Sequence record: PP496439.1
DNA: 64,000 bases
Direction: 5' to 3' (one strand)
A program made the position numbers and the translations under genes. Of the stretch, positions 9,719 through 19,008 are shown in pieces. A model generated the notes under the pieces. The model ran no database searches, had not been told where the DNA came from, and saw only the letters and a program-made list of their open reading frames with translations. Position 1 is the first letter of the stretch, and every line of letters starts with the position of its first letter.

Positions 9719-10045
9719 TTAGTCGTTGAATTCTTTGGGATCGAAGCCGTGCCGTTCGCACCAATCTCGGCGCTCCACGCTCAAGTCGCGGCCCTGATCT
9801 TTTTGCAATGCGCCCCGGCGGACCCACTCGACCAGGTCCCCCATACGCTCCCAGCGCTGGAAGCCTTGGTAGAAGTCCTCCAGATCCGCAGTGTTGTCCT
9901 TGATCAGTTGCGCGATGTGGACGGAAGGAGATGTCAGCGTCATCAGCTCGGCGTGGTCTTTCGCGAACTGGGCCAGCTTGTCGCCCACCCACTTGTCAGC
10001 TTTGATCTGCAATTCGGTTGGGCCAAGTTCTGCTTCGTCGATCAT
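9719..10045 (-). CDS. Hypothetical protein
   Basis: 108 aa with a GAGG SD. Confidence 0.7.
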   Translation of the reverse strand: MIDEAELGPTELQIKADKWVGDKLAQFAKDHAELMTLTSPSVHIAQLIKDNTADLEDFYQGFQRWERMGDLVEWVRRGALQKDQGRDLSVERRDWCERHGFDPKEFND

Positions 10046-10057
10046 GGTGTGTTCCTC

Positions 10058-10594
10058 TTAGTATTTCTTGCTGGCTTGCCGCACGAACGTGAGCGGCTCG
10101 AAGGGTGGTCTCTCAAACCACGATACCGGATTTCCGCGCTGCAATCCCTGCGACCACCCGGCGTAGAAGTCTTCCTTCACCGAAGACTGGCGGCGGTTGG
10201 TGATCTCAATGCGTCCGGTTGTCATCAAAGTCTTGATGTCCACGAAACCCGCACGCTCAACCTCGATGTCAACTTTGCTCCAGTGCTCTTTCGTCTTGGC
10301 GAAGTCGGACACGGCTTTCGGCTTGAACAGTTTCTTGTCGGTGAAGTACACAGCGGGGTTGTTGATCTTTCCCAGCTTCCTGTCGGCTTTGCGGGTTTGG
10401 TACACGGCCTCTCTAACTACACTGCCGATATCTGCTGCACCAATACGTGCACCCAGACATTGCCATACGGTCGGGGAGAAACACACGCGCAGCGTCTCGG
10501 CGCATTCATCGTGATTCCTCCCGGATGGCACCTTGGCTTTCAGGGTGACGTGCTTGCCAATGTCTTTTTCAGACACGTGATAAAAGCGTGGCAT
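10058..10594 (-). CDS. Hypothetical protein, possible ADP-ribosyltransferase-like fold
   Basis: N-terminal FYHVS and RVCFSPTVWQCL segments. Confidence 0.35.
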   Translation of the reverse strand: MPRFYHVSEKDIGKHVTLKAKVPSGRNHDECAETLRVCFSPTVWQCLGARIGAADIGSVVREAVYQTRKADRKLGKINNPAVYFTDKKLFKPKAVSDFAKTKEHWSKVDIEVERAGFVDIKTLMTTGRIEITNRRQSSVKEDFYAGWSQGLQRGNPVSWFERPPFEPLTFVRQASKKY

Positions 10595-10603
10595 GGGGAC
10601 TCC

Positions 10604-10828
10604 TTACTCTTGGCGCAGTTTAGCGTTGAGTGTGGCGGTCCCTCTGCTGAGAATTTTCACTCGATCAACGTGGTCTAGACCTTGCTCCACCCGACTGAGT
10701 GACTTGGGGTCTATGTCGATCAGGGTCGCTAACTGGCCGGAGCTTACGCCAGCCTTGATACGCAGCGCACGCAGTGCAGCACCATGGGCAATCTGACGCA
10801 TGCGGGCTGGGGTTTGGATAGATGGCAT
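10604..10828 (-). CDS. XRE/Cro-family helix-turn-helix protein
   Basis: LRALRIKAGVSSGQLATLIDIDPKSLSRVEQG matches the HTH_3 pattern. Confidence 0.75.
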   Translation of the reverse strand: MPSIQTPARMRQIAHGAALRALRIKAGVSSGQLATLIDIDPKSLSRVEQGLDHVDRVKILSRGTATLNAKLRQE

Positions 10829-10877
10829 ATTGCATTCCTCTCGGGATAGGGGTGCGCCGTCCGTGGCGCGTTGTCGC

Positions 10878-11039
10878 TTAGTTGATGGCCGGGAATTCGA
10901 TCAGCAAATCCTTCACCTCTTGCACCGACAGCGGCAAGCCGGTGATGGGGTGAACTCTCTCGTCCCGGATTATGTCGCGCAGCCGCTGGCGCTGCTCACG
11001 GGGCGATTGGGCCTTACTGGGGGTTTTGCGTGACGGCAT
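10878..11039 (-). CDS. Small hypothetical protein (53 aa, below the ORF-track cutoff)
   Basis: Hand-translated MPSRKTPSKAQSPREQRQRLRDIIRDERVHPITGLPLSVQEVKDLLIEFPAIN, with a GGAAG SD. Confidence 0.6.
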   Translation of the reverse strand: MPSRKTPSKAQSPREQRQRLRDIIRDERVHPITGLPLSVQEVKDLLIEFPAIN

Positions 11040-11135
11040 GGTGTGGCTTCCTATTGGACAGTGGGGCGGCAGTGTGCCGCACGTGCATGATATCAGACGG
11101 GAACTATGGGTGTCAACACCCGACCGCCGCAGGTG

Positions 11136-11170
11136 AAAAAGCCCACGCAGCGGTTAGGCAGGTGGGCTTT
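11136..11170 (-). terminator. Intrinsic terminator with CTAACC loop
   Basis: GCCCAC/GTGGGC stem plus TTTTT on the minus strand. Confidence 0.75.
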
Positions 11171-11172
11171 GG

Positions 11173-11463
11173 TCAAACTAATCTCAATACCGGCTTGGGT
11201 TTTTCACCTAAATCAACGGACGCGTGCAGTTCCAGATCAAGTGCGAGCCGTATCACGTCTGAGTAGGGTTCACGCGAATGCGCCCAAACGTCTGGCAGTG
11301 TCGTACGATAGATGTGGACAATCGTGTGAAGCTCTTCCTTGGCATAGACACCTGCCCGCATCAACTGAGTAACCCGTGCACGCACCTTGGGTGTGATCCA
11401 CGTGATAAGATCCTCATACGTTCCGGTCCAGATCATCACCTGATGATTAACGCGCTTCGCCAC
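11173..11463 (-). CDS. Hypothetical protein
   Basis: 96 aa with a GGAGG SD, overlapping the upstream gene. Confidence 0.65.
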   Translation of the reverse strand: MAKRVNHQVMIWTGTYEDLITWITPKVRARVTQLMRAGVYAKEELHTIVHIYRTTLPDVWAHSREPYSDVIRLALDLELHASVDLGEKPKPVLRLV

Positions 11464-11788
11464 TTGGCACCTCCTTGTCGGTCAGTACCCAGCCGATGCT
11501 CAGGACCAGACGTGGCCCATGGCAAAGAACTCGGTGTCGGTTGATGTCCGGTCGGAACAGGTTGAAGCGCCCCTTGATCTTGGCTTCGGGACATTGGAAT
11601 GCGGACGTTGATCCCTTGAGCACGATGTTCAGACGCCAGTGCAGTTTACCTTCCACTGGATCAACGTGCCACGCGATGCCTTGCTTGTCCATGTACCGGA
11701 TAAGATAGCAGTCACCTGAACGCCATTGGAACAGCAGCATCTTGCGGTATTGCCCGGCACGACCTTGAACCCACTTGGGCCAGTTCAT
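11447..11788 (-). CDS. Hypothetical protein
   Basis: 113 aa with an ATGA overlap. Confidence 0.65.
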   Translation of the reverse strand: MNWPKWVQGRAGQYRKMLLFQWRSGDCYLIRYMDKQGIAWHVDPVEGKLHWRLNIVLKGSTSAFQCPEAKIKGRFNLFRPDINRHRVLCHGPRLVLSIGWVLTDKEVPSGEAR

Positions 11789-12141
11789 TCCGAAGACTCA
11801 GTACATGACTGGGCGATTGCCTCTTCGCTTCGCGCATACTCATCTTCACCGCGTTCGAACGACTTGGCCGGACGAGGCTTGGGTAGGGACGTCCTCTTAC
11901 CTTTGGACACACGATTCATGAAGGTGGAGTAACGAACAGTACCCCGTGGGTCCCAACCTGCGTCCTTGGCCTTTTTAGTTTCGGCACGGAACGCCTCCAT
12001 TTCCTTTTCCGTGACCTCGACGAAGCCGTCGCGTTTGGCGTCGCGAATGTTCTTAAGATGATCCTCACCGTTCTCAGGGCCGGACAACATCTGAACTATG
12101 CGGGTCTTGGAGTTGACGAAATAAAGAATCTTGGCTGGCAT
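11785..12141 (-). CDS. Hypothetical protein
   Basis: Start revised to 12141 (MPAKIL), a TAATG overlap. Confidence 0.6.
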   Translation of the reverse strand: MPAKILYFVNSKTRIVQMLSGPENGEDHLKNIRDAKRDGFVEVTEKEMEAFRAETKKAKDAGWDPRGTVRYSTFMNRVSKGKRTSLPKPRPAKSFERGEDEYARSEEAIAQSCTESSE

Positions 12142-12464
12142 TACTTGATGCCTCCGGATACTGATTCGATGGCAATTATCTCGGCACCGATGAGCAGGCT
12201 CTTCAGCCATTCCTCACCACGCTCGTCTCCGTCTTCTACCCGAGTGTCTCCCATCATAATGAATGGGCAGTCGTTGTGCACCTCGAGCCGGTCGTAGACT
12301 ATACCCACGGCAGAATCGATGACATCCCAGCCAGTACAATTGCCGCCGATCTTCACTTCCATGACAGCGCGGAGCAACCCACATGCGAAGGTAAGCTGTA
12401 CGGTCTGGAGGCAATTGCCCATAGTGTAGAACTTACCCATCTGTTCGTGATCATAGTTCAACAT
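12141..12464 (-). CDS. Hypothetical protein
   Basis: Start revised to 12464 (MLNYDH), a TAATG overlap. Confidence 0.6.
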   Translation of the reverse strand: MLNYDHEQMGKFYTMGNCLQTVQLTFACGLLRAVMEVKIGGNCTGWDVIDSAVGIVYDRLEVHNDCPFIMMGDTRVEDGDERGEEWLKSLLIGAEIIAIESVSGGIK

Positions 12465-13288
12465 TAGTCTGTCCTCTTGATGTTGCCGGGTAGGGTGTAG
12501 GACCACGGCTTGACATAATCTGCCGGGCGGGTGTAACCGATCAGGTCGGTACCTTCGTACGGGCCGTGCTTCCACGGGTCGGTAATCTCTGCGCGTTCGA
12601 ACCCGATGGACTCGTACAGCTTGATCGCACCTTCGTTGTCCGGATCCACGTTGAGATGGTGTGGCAGTCCTTGGGTCAGTTCCCAAGACAGCAGGAAGTC
12701 CAGCATGCCGGTGGCGACACCGCGACGGCGGTAGTCTGGATCAACACTGATCTCCTTGACGAAGCACGCGTCCACCTTCTCGCTGTCTTCGTCTTCCTTG
12801 AACATCACAACGTCCATCAGCCCAACTACCTTGTTGTGCGCGGTAACTGACACCCTTATCTCTTCCTGATCCGGTATATCCCCGCTCCAGCCATTCCATC
12901 GAGCCATGGTCACCGTGTACAGATGGTGTTGCCCGTCGTGCTTGGGACTGTGCACCTGATGCAGTGCCCGTGCATTCTTCAACTCCATCTTGGCGCCGGG
13001 CTTGATGACCGGGAATTCCAGATGCTTAATTTCCTTTTCAAGCATGATACCAATCTCGGAGTCTTTCGCTTTCTTGTCTTTGATGGTGGCTCGGTACACT
13101 GTGTCTGTGTCCGTGTTGTAAACACCCACCTTATCCGTCATCACCGTAATAGACGGCACAGCGGACCAGATGTACTCTTTGCAATGAGCTTTATCTGGGA
13201 ATGCGAAGCCAACGGACTTTCCGTCTACAATGACCAGCCACGGGCAATGGCCGGGATGCGGAAACCGAAGGATCTTTTGTGTGGGCAT
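12464..13288 (-). CDS. GNAT acetyltransferase with unknown N-terminal domain
   Basis: ISVDPDYRRRGVATGML (acyl-CoA motif A) and NEGAIKLYESIGF (motif B). Confidence 0.85.
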   Translation of the reverse strand: MPTQKILRFPHPGHCPWLVIVDGKSVGFAFPDKAHCKEYIWSAVPSITVMTDKVGVYNTDTDTVYRATIKDKKAKDSEIGIMLEKEIKHLEFPVIKPGAKMELKNARALHQVHSPKHDGQHHLYTVTMARWNGWSGDIPDQEEIRVSVTAHNKVVGLMDVVMFKEDEDSEKVDACFVKEISVDPDYRRRGVATGMLDFLLSWELTQGLPHHLNVDPDNEGAIKLYESIGFERAEITDPWKHGPYEGTDLIGYTRPADYVKPWSYTLPGNIKRTD

Positions 13289-13293
13289 GACAC

Positions 13294-13626
13294 TTACCTC
13301 GAAGGGGCAGGGGATTTGATTGGTGTCACCAGCTTAAGACCGGGCGAACTGGCATTCAGACGTGGGACCGGGTTGATGGTCATCTTGGTCAACGGTGTCA
13401 ATCCCAGCACACGGACTACTTCTTCCGGCAGCTCGGCACGCGTCCACACAACTACGTCTGGAGACACAGTGGACATCACGTAGATGGGCAAGTCATTGAT
13501 CGCCCGTGCTTCCACTCGGTGCACGGTCTTCAGCCGGTCCAGTGCTTCCTTGGTCAGAAAGGTGGTGAGTGACTCGACGCTACCCATCCAGGTCATGATG
13601 GGGATGTTGCGGCTAGCAGAATTCAT
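13294..13626 (-). CDS. Hypothetical protein
   Basis: 110 aa in a coupled operon. Confidence 0.6.
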   Translation of the reverse strand: MNSASRNIPIMTWMGSVESLTTFLTKEALDRLKTVHRVEARAINDLPIYVMSTVSPDVVVWTRAELPEEVVRVLGLTPLTKMTINPVPRLNASSPGLKLVTPIKSPAPSR

Positions 13627-13832
13627 TGTTCAATCCCTTGATCGAGTGGAGTTTCAAGTCTGGCGATAACCGAGTTCAACCAGATGATGCGGTTGTTATA
13701 GCGCTGTTTCAGACGGCCTACCGGTGGATTATTCCCTTGCAGCACCCCGCACATTCTTTGCAGCTCAAGGCGAAGGGAAGCAATAGCCTGCTCGACGTGA
13801 TTGCGGTCAGGATTAGAGTTCTCAGTGCTCAT
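13623..13832 (-). CDS. Hypothetical protein
   Basis: 69 aa with an AAGGA SD and an ATGA overlap. Confidence 0.6.
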   Translation of the reverse strand: MSTENSNPDRNHVEQAIASLRLELQRMCGVLQGNNPPVGRLKQRYNNRIIWLNSVIARLETPLDQGIEQ

Positions 13833-13846
13833 GTATCTTTCCTTTA

Positions 13847-14188
13847 TTACGGTTGGGTCAATGCAGATTCAAGTTTCTTGTAGCATGCTGCGACGATGCC
13901 TCTGGACATGCGGTCAGCCGCCCAAGAGTTTTGTAGCAGCAAGTGACTGTAGTGGAACAGATCACCTTGGAGCAACAAGTCGGACAGTTCCATCCGGTTA
14001 GCCAGATGAATAGAATAGTCCTCGTCTGCCAGATCTGCCACCTTCGGACCCCATGTGGCAATCACAGCATCGAGATTGGTTGGAACGACGGCCAGTGTCA
14101 GCACCGTCTCTCCCTTCACAACACGCAGCCCCGCCAGCGTCTTGCTCACATACCGTTCAATGGTGATGCTCATATCAGATGTCCGCAA
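13847..14188 (-). CDS. Hypothetical protein
   Basis: 113 aa in an operon. Confidence 0.6.
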   Translation of the reverse strand: MRTSDMSITIERYVSKTLAGLRVVKGETVLTLAVVPTNLDAVIATWGPKVADLADEDYSIHLANRMELSDLLLQGDLFHYSHLLLQNSWAADRMSRGIVAACYKKLESALTQP

Positions 14189-14813
14189 TGATCTTCAGGA
14201 TGAACGAACGTGCTGCTTCGTTCAGTGTCTCGATACCCTCCAGTGCTTTCTTCTTGGCTGGCTTATACGGTGACAGACGTTGCTCGTCTACGTGTTCTAT
14301 TGCACCGTCATAGTCGAAGTCGATGAACTCTGCTGACAGCAACCAATAGGCACACGCACGAGACGCAGCGAAGTGGAACTCCAAGAGTCCAGCGGGGTAT
14401 TCTCTCATAACACCCTGACCCTCATCATCGTGAAGACAGTACAGGGTGTTGTAATCTTTGGGACCGCCAGTGGTGAACTGGTAAGTGCGTTCGCCGATGT
14501 CCATCTTCTCGAACTCAGCAAAGTCTGCTTCGTTGAACGGCCAGTCAACAGCCTCGATGGATTGAACGACGCCACCAATCGTCCAGGTGTAGGTGATTAT
14601 TGGAGAGTCACCCATCTTATTTATGCTGCCCTTGGAAACGGTAAGGACAGATACGTCTGGGTGCTGCATGGTCAGGAACAGGTTGCCGGTTTGCACATGA
14701 GACGGAACAAGTCCGATCTGCATGGCACGCTGATATTCGTGGCGGCAGTCCAACCTGATGTGCAGTTTCGGTTTGGGTTTGCTTACGGTTGACCTGGATA
14801 ACTTTGTGGGCAT
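14175..14813 (-). CDS. Hypothetical protein
   Basis: 212 aa with a GAGG SD. Confidence 0.7.
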   Translation of the reverse strand: MPTKLSRSTVSKPKPKLHIRLDCRHEYQRAMQIGLVPSHVQTGNLFLTMQHPDVSVLTVSKGSINKMGDSPIITYTWTIGGVVQSIEAVDWPFNEADFAEFEKMDIGERTYQFTTGGPKDYNTLYCLHDDEGQGVMREYPAGLLEFHFAASRACAYWLLSAEFIDFDYDGAIEHVDEQRLSPYKPAKKKALEGIETLNEAARSFILKIIADI

Positions 14814-14875
14814 GGTGTCTTCCTCGTTGGGTCAGTGGGCGGCTGCTTAGTGGCGCCGTGCTACCAGTATGGACT

Positions 14876-14882
14876 CATTTAC
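14876..14882 (-). promoter_or_regulatory. GTAAATR putative phage promoter element
   Basis: Lies between the terminator at 14904 and the gene start at 14813. Confidence 0.5.
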
Positions 14883-14903
14883 CCAGTCTGTCAAGCGCCC
14901 ACG

Positions 14904-14936
14904 AAAAAGCCCACCGCCGGTTAGGGTCAGTGGGCT
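14904..14936 (-). terminator. Intrinsic terminator with CTAACC loop
   Basis: AGCCCAC/GTGGGCT stem plus a T-tract after the RNase H gene. Confidence 0.75.
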
Positions 14937-14940
14937 CAGG

Positions 14941-15603
14941 TCAAAACAAACTATTCTTCGGTACACGTTGGGTCAATGCCTGTAACTCGTCAAACGTGAA
15001 CTGGAACCACTCATGGTCTCCGGACACCAGACTATCCGTAGGCTTGGCCTTCTTAGCCTGCTTCAAGATCAGCTTTCGCTGCTCCCCGGCCAGCACGTCT
15101 GCCCGTTCATTCCCCACGTTGCCTTTGTGACCTCTTACCCATGACACCTTGGCGTTGGTTTTCTCTTTCAACGCTTTGGCGCATAACCACAGATCAAAAT
15201 TGGCGACTGCTTCCCCGTTAGCCTTGAGTCCACCTCGACGCATCCAGCCATCCAGATGCTCGGTGAATCCCTTCTGCACGTATTGGCTGTCGGTGATCAC
15301 CTGAACGGGTCGTGGCACTTGCCCGAAGATCTGTCGGTGCAACATGTTGTAGCGGAAGGCGTCAGCCATGGCTGCGATAACACCTGACAGTTCCATGCGT
15401 GAGATCGTGGTGTCGTTGTACCCGGCGGCACGGTGACTGACCTCCAGTACATTGATCAGGTCATTGAACTGTGCACGCAGTGGAGAGAACACGGAGGCAT
15501 TCAGATCCACCATGCGGACAGCAGCCCAACCGCCGATACGATCTTTCGATCCACAAGACCCATCGGTGTAGTACGTCAACGGTATGTTCTTCTTGCCACG
15601 CAT
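14941..15603 (-). CDS. rnhA: Ribonuclease HI
   Basis: YTDGSC, RMELSGVI, TDSQYV and WVRGHKGNVGNERADVLA motifs. Confidence 0.92.
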   Translation of the reverse strand: MRGKKNIPLTYYTDGSCGSKDRIGGWAAVRMVDLNASVFSPLRAQFNDLINVLEVSHRAAGYNDTTISRMELSGVIAAMADAFRYNMLHRQIFGQVPRPVQVITDSQYVQKGFTEHLDGWMRRGGLKANGEAVANFDLWLCAKALKEKTNAKVSWVRGHKGNVGNERADVLAGEQRKLILKQAKKAKPTDSLVSGDHEWFQFTFDELQALTQRVPKNSLF

Positions 15604-15612
15604 GGTAGGACC

Positions 15613-16347
15613 TTACTTGGTGATTATCTTGTAGGTGAACAACGCGTCGGACAAGATGCGGTGAACCCCGTCGGCTTTGGTTACGAACAGGTCGGCAATA
15701 GCTTCCGCGTTGAGTGCGGGGTCGATCTGCCGAACGGCGCCGTCACCCATTACGTAGCCTTGATCCTGATCGCGAGTGCGTTCCTTGTCTTTCAGGATCG
15801 ACAGGTGTATTGTGCTGCCGTACCGAAACATGATCTGTGCACGTCCGTGTGTGGTGCTCTGGATACGATCAACGCTGTCCACTACCACCTGGCCGTACGT
15901 TTGTGCAGCTTCCATGACGTGGGCGATCATCGGAGACGCATAACCGGGAGTGCACGCATAGCTAGAACATTTCTGCCCCAAGGTATGTTTCAGTGGATTG
16001 AACAACTGGAGGACTGGCACGGTCTTGCTCATCGAGTGTAGACCGTTGTGGACATCAGTCTTGTCCGCCATCACATGCCAGTTGCGCAGGAAAATCTGGC
16101 TACTGGAATGGACAAGATACGGTAGTCGCATCAAGTCTTCCATCTGATCCACGAACAGGTGAATATCTATGAGGAACTTGTTCTCAATCTTAGTCCACCG
16201 ACCGGGGTTGGTACGCTCGATCTCGAGGAACCCAGTTAGGGTCAGGGCCTCTAGGATTACACCCTTGGCAAGCAGTGCGTCCCGGTCGGTCAGGTTGAAC
16301 AAAGATTCGGAATGATCCCTGTCGGTGATTAAGGTAATGTAATTCAT
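15613..16347 (-). CDS. Hypothetical protein
   Basis: 244 aa in an operon. Confidence 0.7.
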   Translation of the reverse strand: MNYITLITDRDHSESLFNLTDRDALLAKGVILEALTLTGFLEIERTNPGRWTKIENKFLIDIHLFVDQMEDLMRLPYLVHSSSQIFLRNWHVMADKTDVHNGLHSMSKTVPVLQLFNPLKHTLGQKCSSYACTPGYASPMIAHVMEAAQTYGQVVVDSVDRIQSTTHGRAQIMFRYGSTIHLSILKDKERTRDQDQGYVMGDGAVRQIDPALNAEAIADLFVTKADGVHRILSDALFTYKIITK

Positions 16348-16365
16348 GGTAGGGTACCTGGGTGT

Positions 16366-16674
16366 TTACAACTTCTGAGGGCTGACGGTGACGACGCGGA
16401 TGTCGGCCACGCCCGCACTGATCTGCAGCTCGACTTTGATGAACAGGCTCTTGTCCTCGTTGGTGTAGTAGAACACCCCGTTGGTGCGCTTGAGGAAGAA
16501 CTTGCCTTTGTTCTCACTGCGATACACAGTGAAGTCTTCCATGTTGTCTTTCTTGAACCGGGTGTAGATCATTTCACTGGTGATCTTGGCGACGGCTTTG
16601 GTGCCGAGGTCATCCAAGTCCCACTTGATGCCTACACCGGCGGACTGTTGCACGAAACTGGCGAGGGTAGTCAT
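16366..16674 (-). CDS. Hypothetical protein
   Basis: Start revised to 16674 (MTTLASF) with a GGAG SD. Confidence 0.6.
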   Translation of the reverse strand: MTTLASFVQQSAGVGIKWDLDDLGTKAVAKITSEMIYTRFKKDNMEDFTVYRSENKGKFFLKRTNGVFYYTNEDKSLFIKVELQISAGVADIRVVTVSPQKL

Positions 16675-16706
16675 TTGGTCTCCAATGGATCTTAGTTGGG
16701 AAGTGG

Positions 16707-16859
16707 TTAGCGAACCAACATCCACAGGCAGGTTGAAAAGCTGAAGGTATCCCGGCATTCAGCCCACGTGAAGTACTCCCAGGTGAAGGCGGTGATGATG
16801 ATCACCGCGATTGCGAGTAACCCGAGATTAGTAGTTAGCGCGGTATCTTTCTTACTCAT
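16707..16859 (-). CDS. Small membrane protein (50 aa, not in the ORF track)
   Basis: MSKKDTALTTNLGLLAIAVIIITAFTWEYFTWAECRDTFSFSTCLWMLVR, with an ATGA overlap at 16856-16859. Confidence 0.55.
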   Translation of the reverse strand: MSKKDTALTTNLGLLAIAVIIITAFTWEYFTWAECRDTFSFSTCLWMLVR

Positions 16860-17062
16860 GTTCGTCTCTCCACGCATTGGCTGAATGTTTCCTTACCTGT
16901 GTATTGAATGGCGGACCGTCCCTTGTTCTTAACAATGCGCTGCATTGCCTTGTCGATGGCTCGGTTGAAGAGTGCATAGGTTATACGCTGCCTCATCTCG
17001 TCCCGCAACTTGGGAGTGGCCCGCGCGGGTAGTGTCAACGTGTATCTGTCTGCCAGTTTCAT
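16856..17062 (-). CDS. Small basic hypothetical protein
   Basis: 68 aa with a GGAG SD and ATGA overlaps. Confidence 0.6.
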   Translation of the reverse strand: MKLADRYTLTLPARATPKLRDEMRQRITYALFNRAIDKAMQRIVKNKGRSAIQYTGKETFSQCVERRT

Positions 17063-17277
17063 AGTCTATCTCCAGTCATGGGTGTGACCCCAAGATAACG
17101 ACCGAGTGCCGGGATGAACAATGGGCAAGCGCTGACACAGACCCAAGCAACGGACATGGGAAGTGATACCTCGTTTAGCATCTGCCAACCACATGCGAAC
17201 AGGATGATCAGGCTGAGTATTGCGTAGTACGCGGACCAGATGATCAACCACCAAGCCTTACGGGACACGTTCTTCAT
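17059..17277 (-). CDS. Small membrane protein (about 2 TM segments)
   Basis: Start revised to 17277 (MKNVSRKAWW), overlapping the helicase stop. Hydrophobic. Confidence 0.6.
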   Translation of the reverse strand: MKNVSRKAWWLIIWSAYYAILSLIILFACGWQMLNEVSLPMSVAWVCVSACPLFIPALGRYLGVTPMTGDRL

Positions 17278-18881
17278 TTGTTCCACTCCTTGCGAGCCTT
17301 CAACTGGGCTTCGGTAGGGGCCACCCGAAACCGTGTGTTCTGGGGTGACAAGTTCTTGAGCAGTGTGGTGGTCACGCATTCGTGCGGCGTGATATGCAGC
17401 AGCAGGTCACTGGCTCGGGTGTACGAGACGTATTGCACGTGGGGCAACTGACCGTCTTCACAGTCGAACCAGTCATCGATCACCGCGACCCGTTCGCTCT
17501 CCATACCCTTCGCACCCCATGAGGTGTTCAGCTCCACACCTTTGCCATGGTCGTTGGCAATGATCTTGGTGATGAACGTCTTCACTTCGGCGGCGCTACC
17601 CAGGTCCCAGTTGGTGACGATGTACAGCGCAGCGTCTGCGGCATCCTTGATCAGTGGTTCCTTTGCCTCCTTACGCAAATCATCCAACGCTTTAACGAAG
17701 TCAAGAGTGGACTTGCGACCACAACGCATGGCGACACCGATCACTTGTTCCAGCACCTTGGCTTTCTTGAAGGTAACCTCCAGCCCCCGATCCATGTACT
17801 CCAGTGCGATACGGATCAGATGCTTGTTGCGAGCGCTGACCACACGTTGCACGTCGAACTTTATCATGCTCTTGATGCGGTACGGATCTTTCTTGGTGTG
17901 CGCCGTCAGCATCTTGACTTGCCCACCCTCGGCGAAGGCTTCCAGCGGCACATTGGGGAAGCGACCTTTGACGAATTCAACTATCTTCGACTTGGACCGG
18001 TATGTGGTGGTCGATGGCAGGCGCTTGGCGTTGAACTCTTTGAACATGTCAGCCATGCCCGCGCTCAACCCACCTCGGAACGCATAGATGGCCTGCCATG
18101 GATCACCAACGAAGACGAACAACATGCCCGGCTTCAATCGGCGGAATAGGCGAAGCGTGTCGTGCTGCACAAGGTTGAAGTCTTGGAACTCATCGACGAA
18201 CAACACGTCCGGCAGGATCTTCGCCAGCTTGGCGTACTGCGTGCGGATAAAGCTGTTGGCCAGAACCATGCGGCTCATATCGTTGAAGTCTACCGACGAC
18301 GTGGTCTCGTCACTGGCTTCCAGCGCCTCACAGATTTCAGGAAGCAGCGGCACCACCTTCTCATGTGGGATCAGGAAACGATACTTGCCGGTGATCAGTT
18401 CCCTGATCTGCTTCGCGTCGCTGTAGGGAATGCCCAATTCACGGATACGCTCTCCGTGCCAACGGATGTCCTTGTTCTTCCGGGGTCCATCTTGGGGGAA
18501 CAGTGCATCCACCACCTGGAACCACTTGTCGAACATGATCGGTACGGCCTTGGAACCCGTCAAGGTCTTGAACAACTCCAGGCCGTAGCTGTGCATGGTG
18601 GAACTGGAGACTGCCCGATCCTTAATACGCTGATCGAACACCTTGGCGTTGTCCGTGTTGAACACGATGGCGCGCATGGTCAGCTTCGGGCACTCCTTAC
18701 GAATGCGGCGGATAGTCTCGATGATCAGGGTGGTCTTACCCGATCCCGCACCGGCATCGATGCCCACTGCGTCTTGTGGCTTGCCAGTGTACAAGTCTTT
18801 AGGCATCGACTTGGCTTTCTTCAAGATCTCGTTGAAGATGTCATTCTGTTGCTTGGACCAAACTCTTTCAGTAGTGGACAT
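17274..18881 (-). CDS. SF1 UvrD/Rep-like DNA helicase
   Basis: AGAGSGKTT, VDEFQD, VGDPWQAIYAFRGG, YRS, AKGMESE and YVSYTRA motifs. Confidence 0.9.
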   Translation of the reverse strand: MSTTERVWSKQQNDIFNEILKKAKSMPKDLYTGKPQDAVGIDAGAGSGKTTLIIETIRRIRKECPKLTMRAIVFNTDNAKVFDQRIKDRAVSSSTMHSYGLELFKTLTGSKAVPIMFDKWFQVVDALFPQDGPRKNKDIRWHGERIRELGIPYSDAKQIRELITGKYRFLIPHEKVVPLLPEICEALEASDETTSSVDFNDMSRMVLANSFIRTQYAKLAKILPDVLFVDEFQDFNLVQHDTLRLFRRLKPGMLFVFVGDPWQAIYAFRGGLSAGMADMFKEFNAKRLPSTTTYRSKSKIVEFVKGRFPNVPLEAFAEGGQVKMLTAHTKKDPYRIKSMIKFDVQRVVSARNKHLIRIALEYMDRGLEVTFKKAKVLEQVIGVAMRCGRKSTLDFVKALDDLRKEAKEPLIKDAADAALYIVTNWDLGSAAEVKTFITKIIANDHGKGVELNTSWGAKGMESERVAVIDDWFDCEDGQLPHVQYVSYTRASDLLLHITPHECVTTTLLKNLSPQNTRFRVAPTEAQLKARKEWNK

Positions 18882-18912
18882 TGGTTTACCTTAACGCTTC
18901 ACGGTTTCCATC

Positions 18913-18946
18913 CATTTACACGAGGCCTATGCGCGTGGGGTAAATG
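18913..18946. promoter_or_regulatory. Divergent pair of GTAAATG elements at the strand switch
   Basis: 18913-18919 (minus) faces the helicase. 18940-18946 (plus) faces the ligase-like gene. Confidence 0.55.
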
Positions 18947-19008
18947 AGCGTATAGCAATCGAATGCGTGGAATTAGCCCTTAACGGCGTCCCCACTAGTG
19001 GAGAACAC

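Noticed and set aside
16707-17277. Small membrane genes as a holin/spanin lysis cassette
   Set aside because: No endolysin or lipoprotein signal nearby, and the context is the helicase operon.
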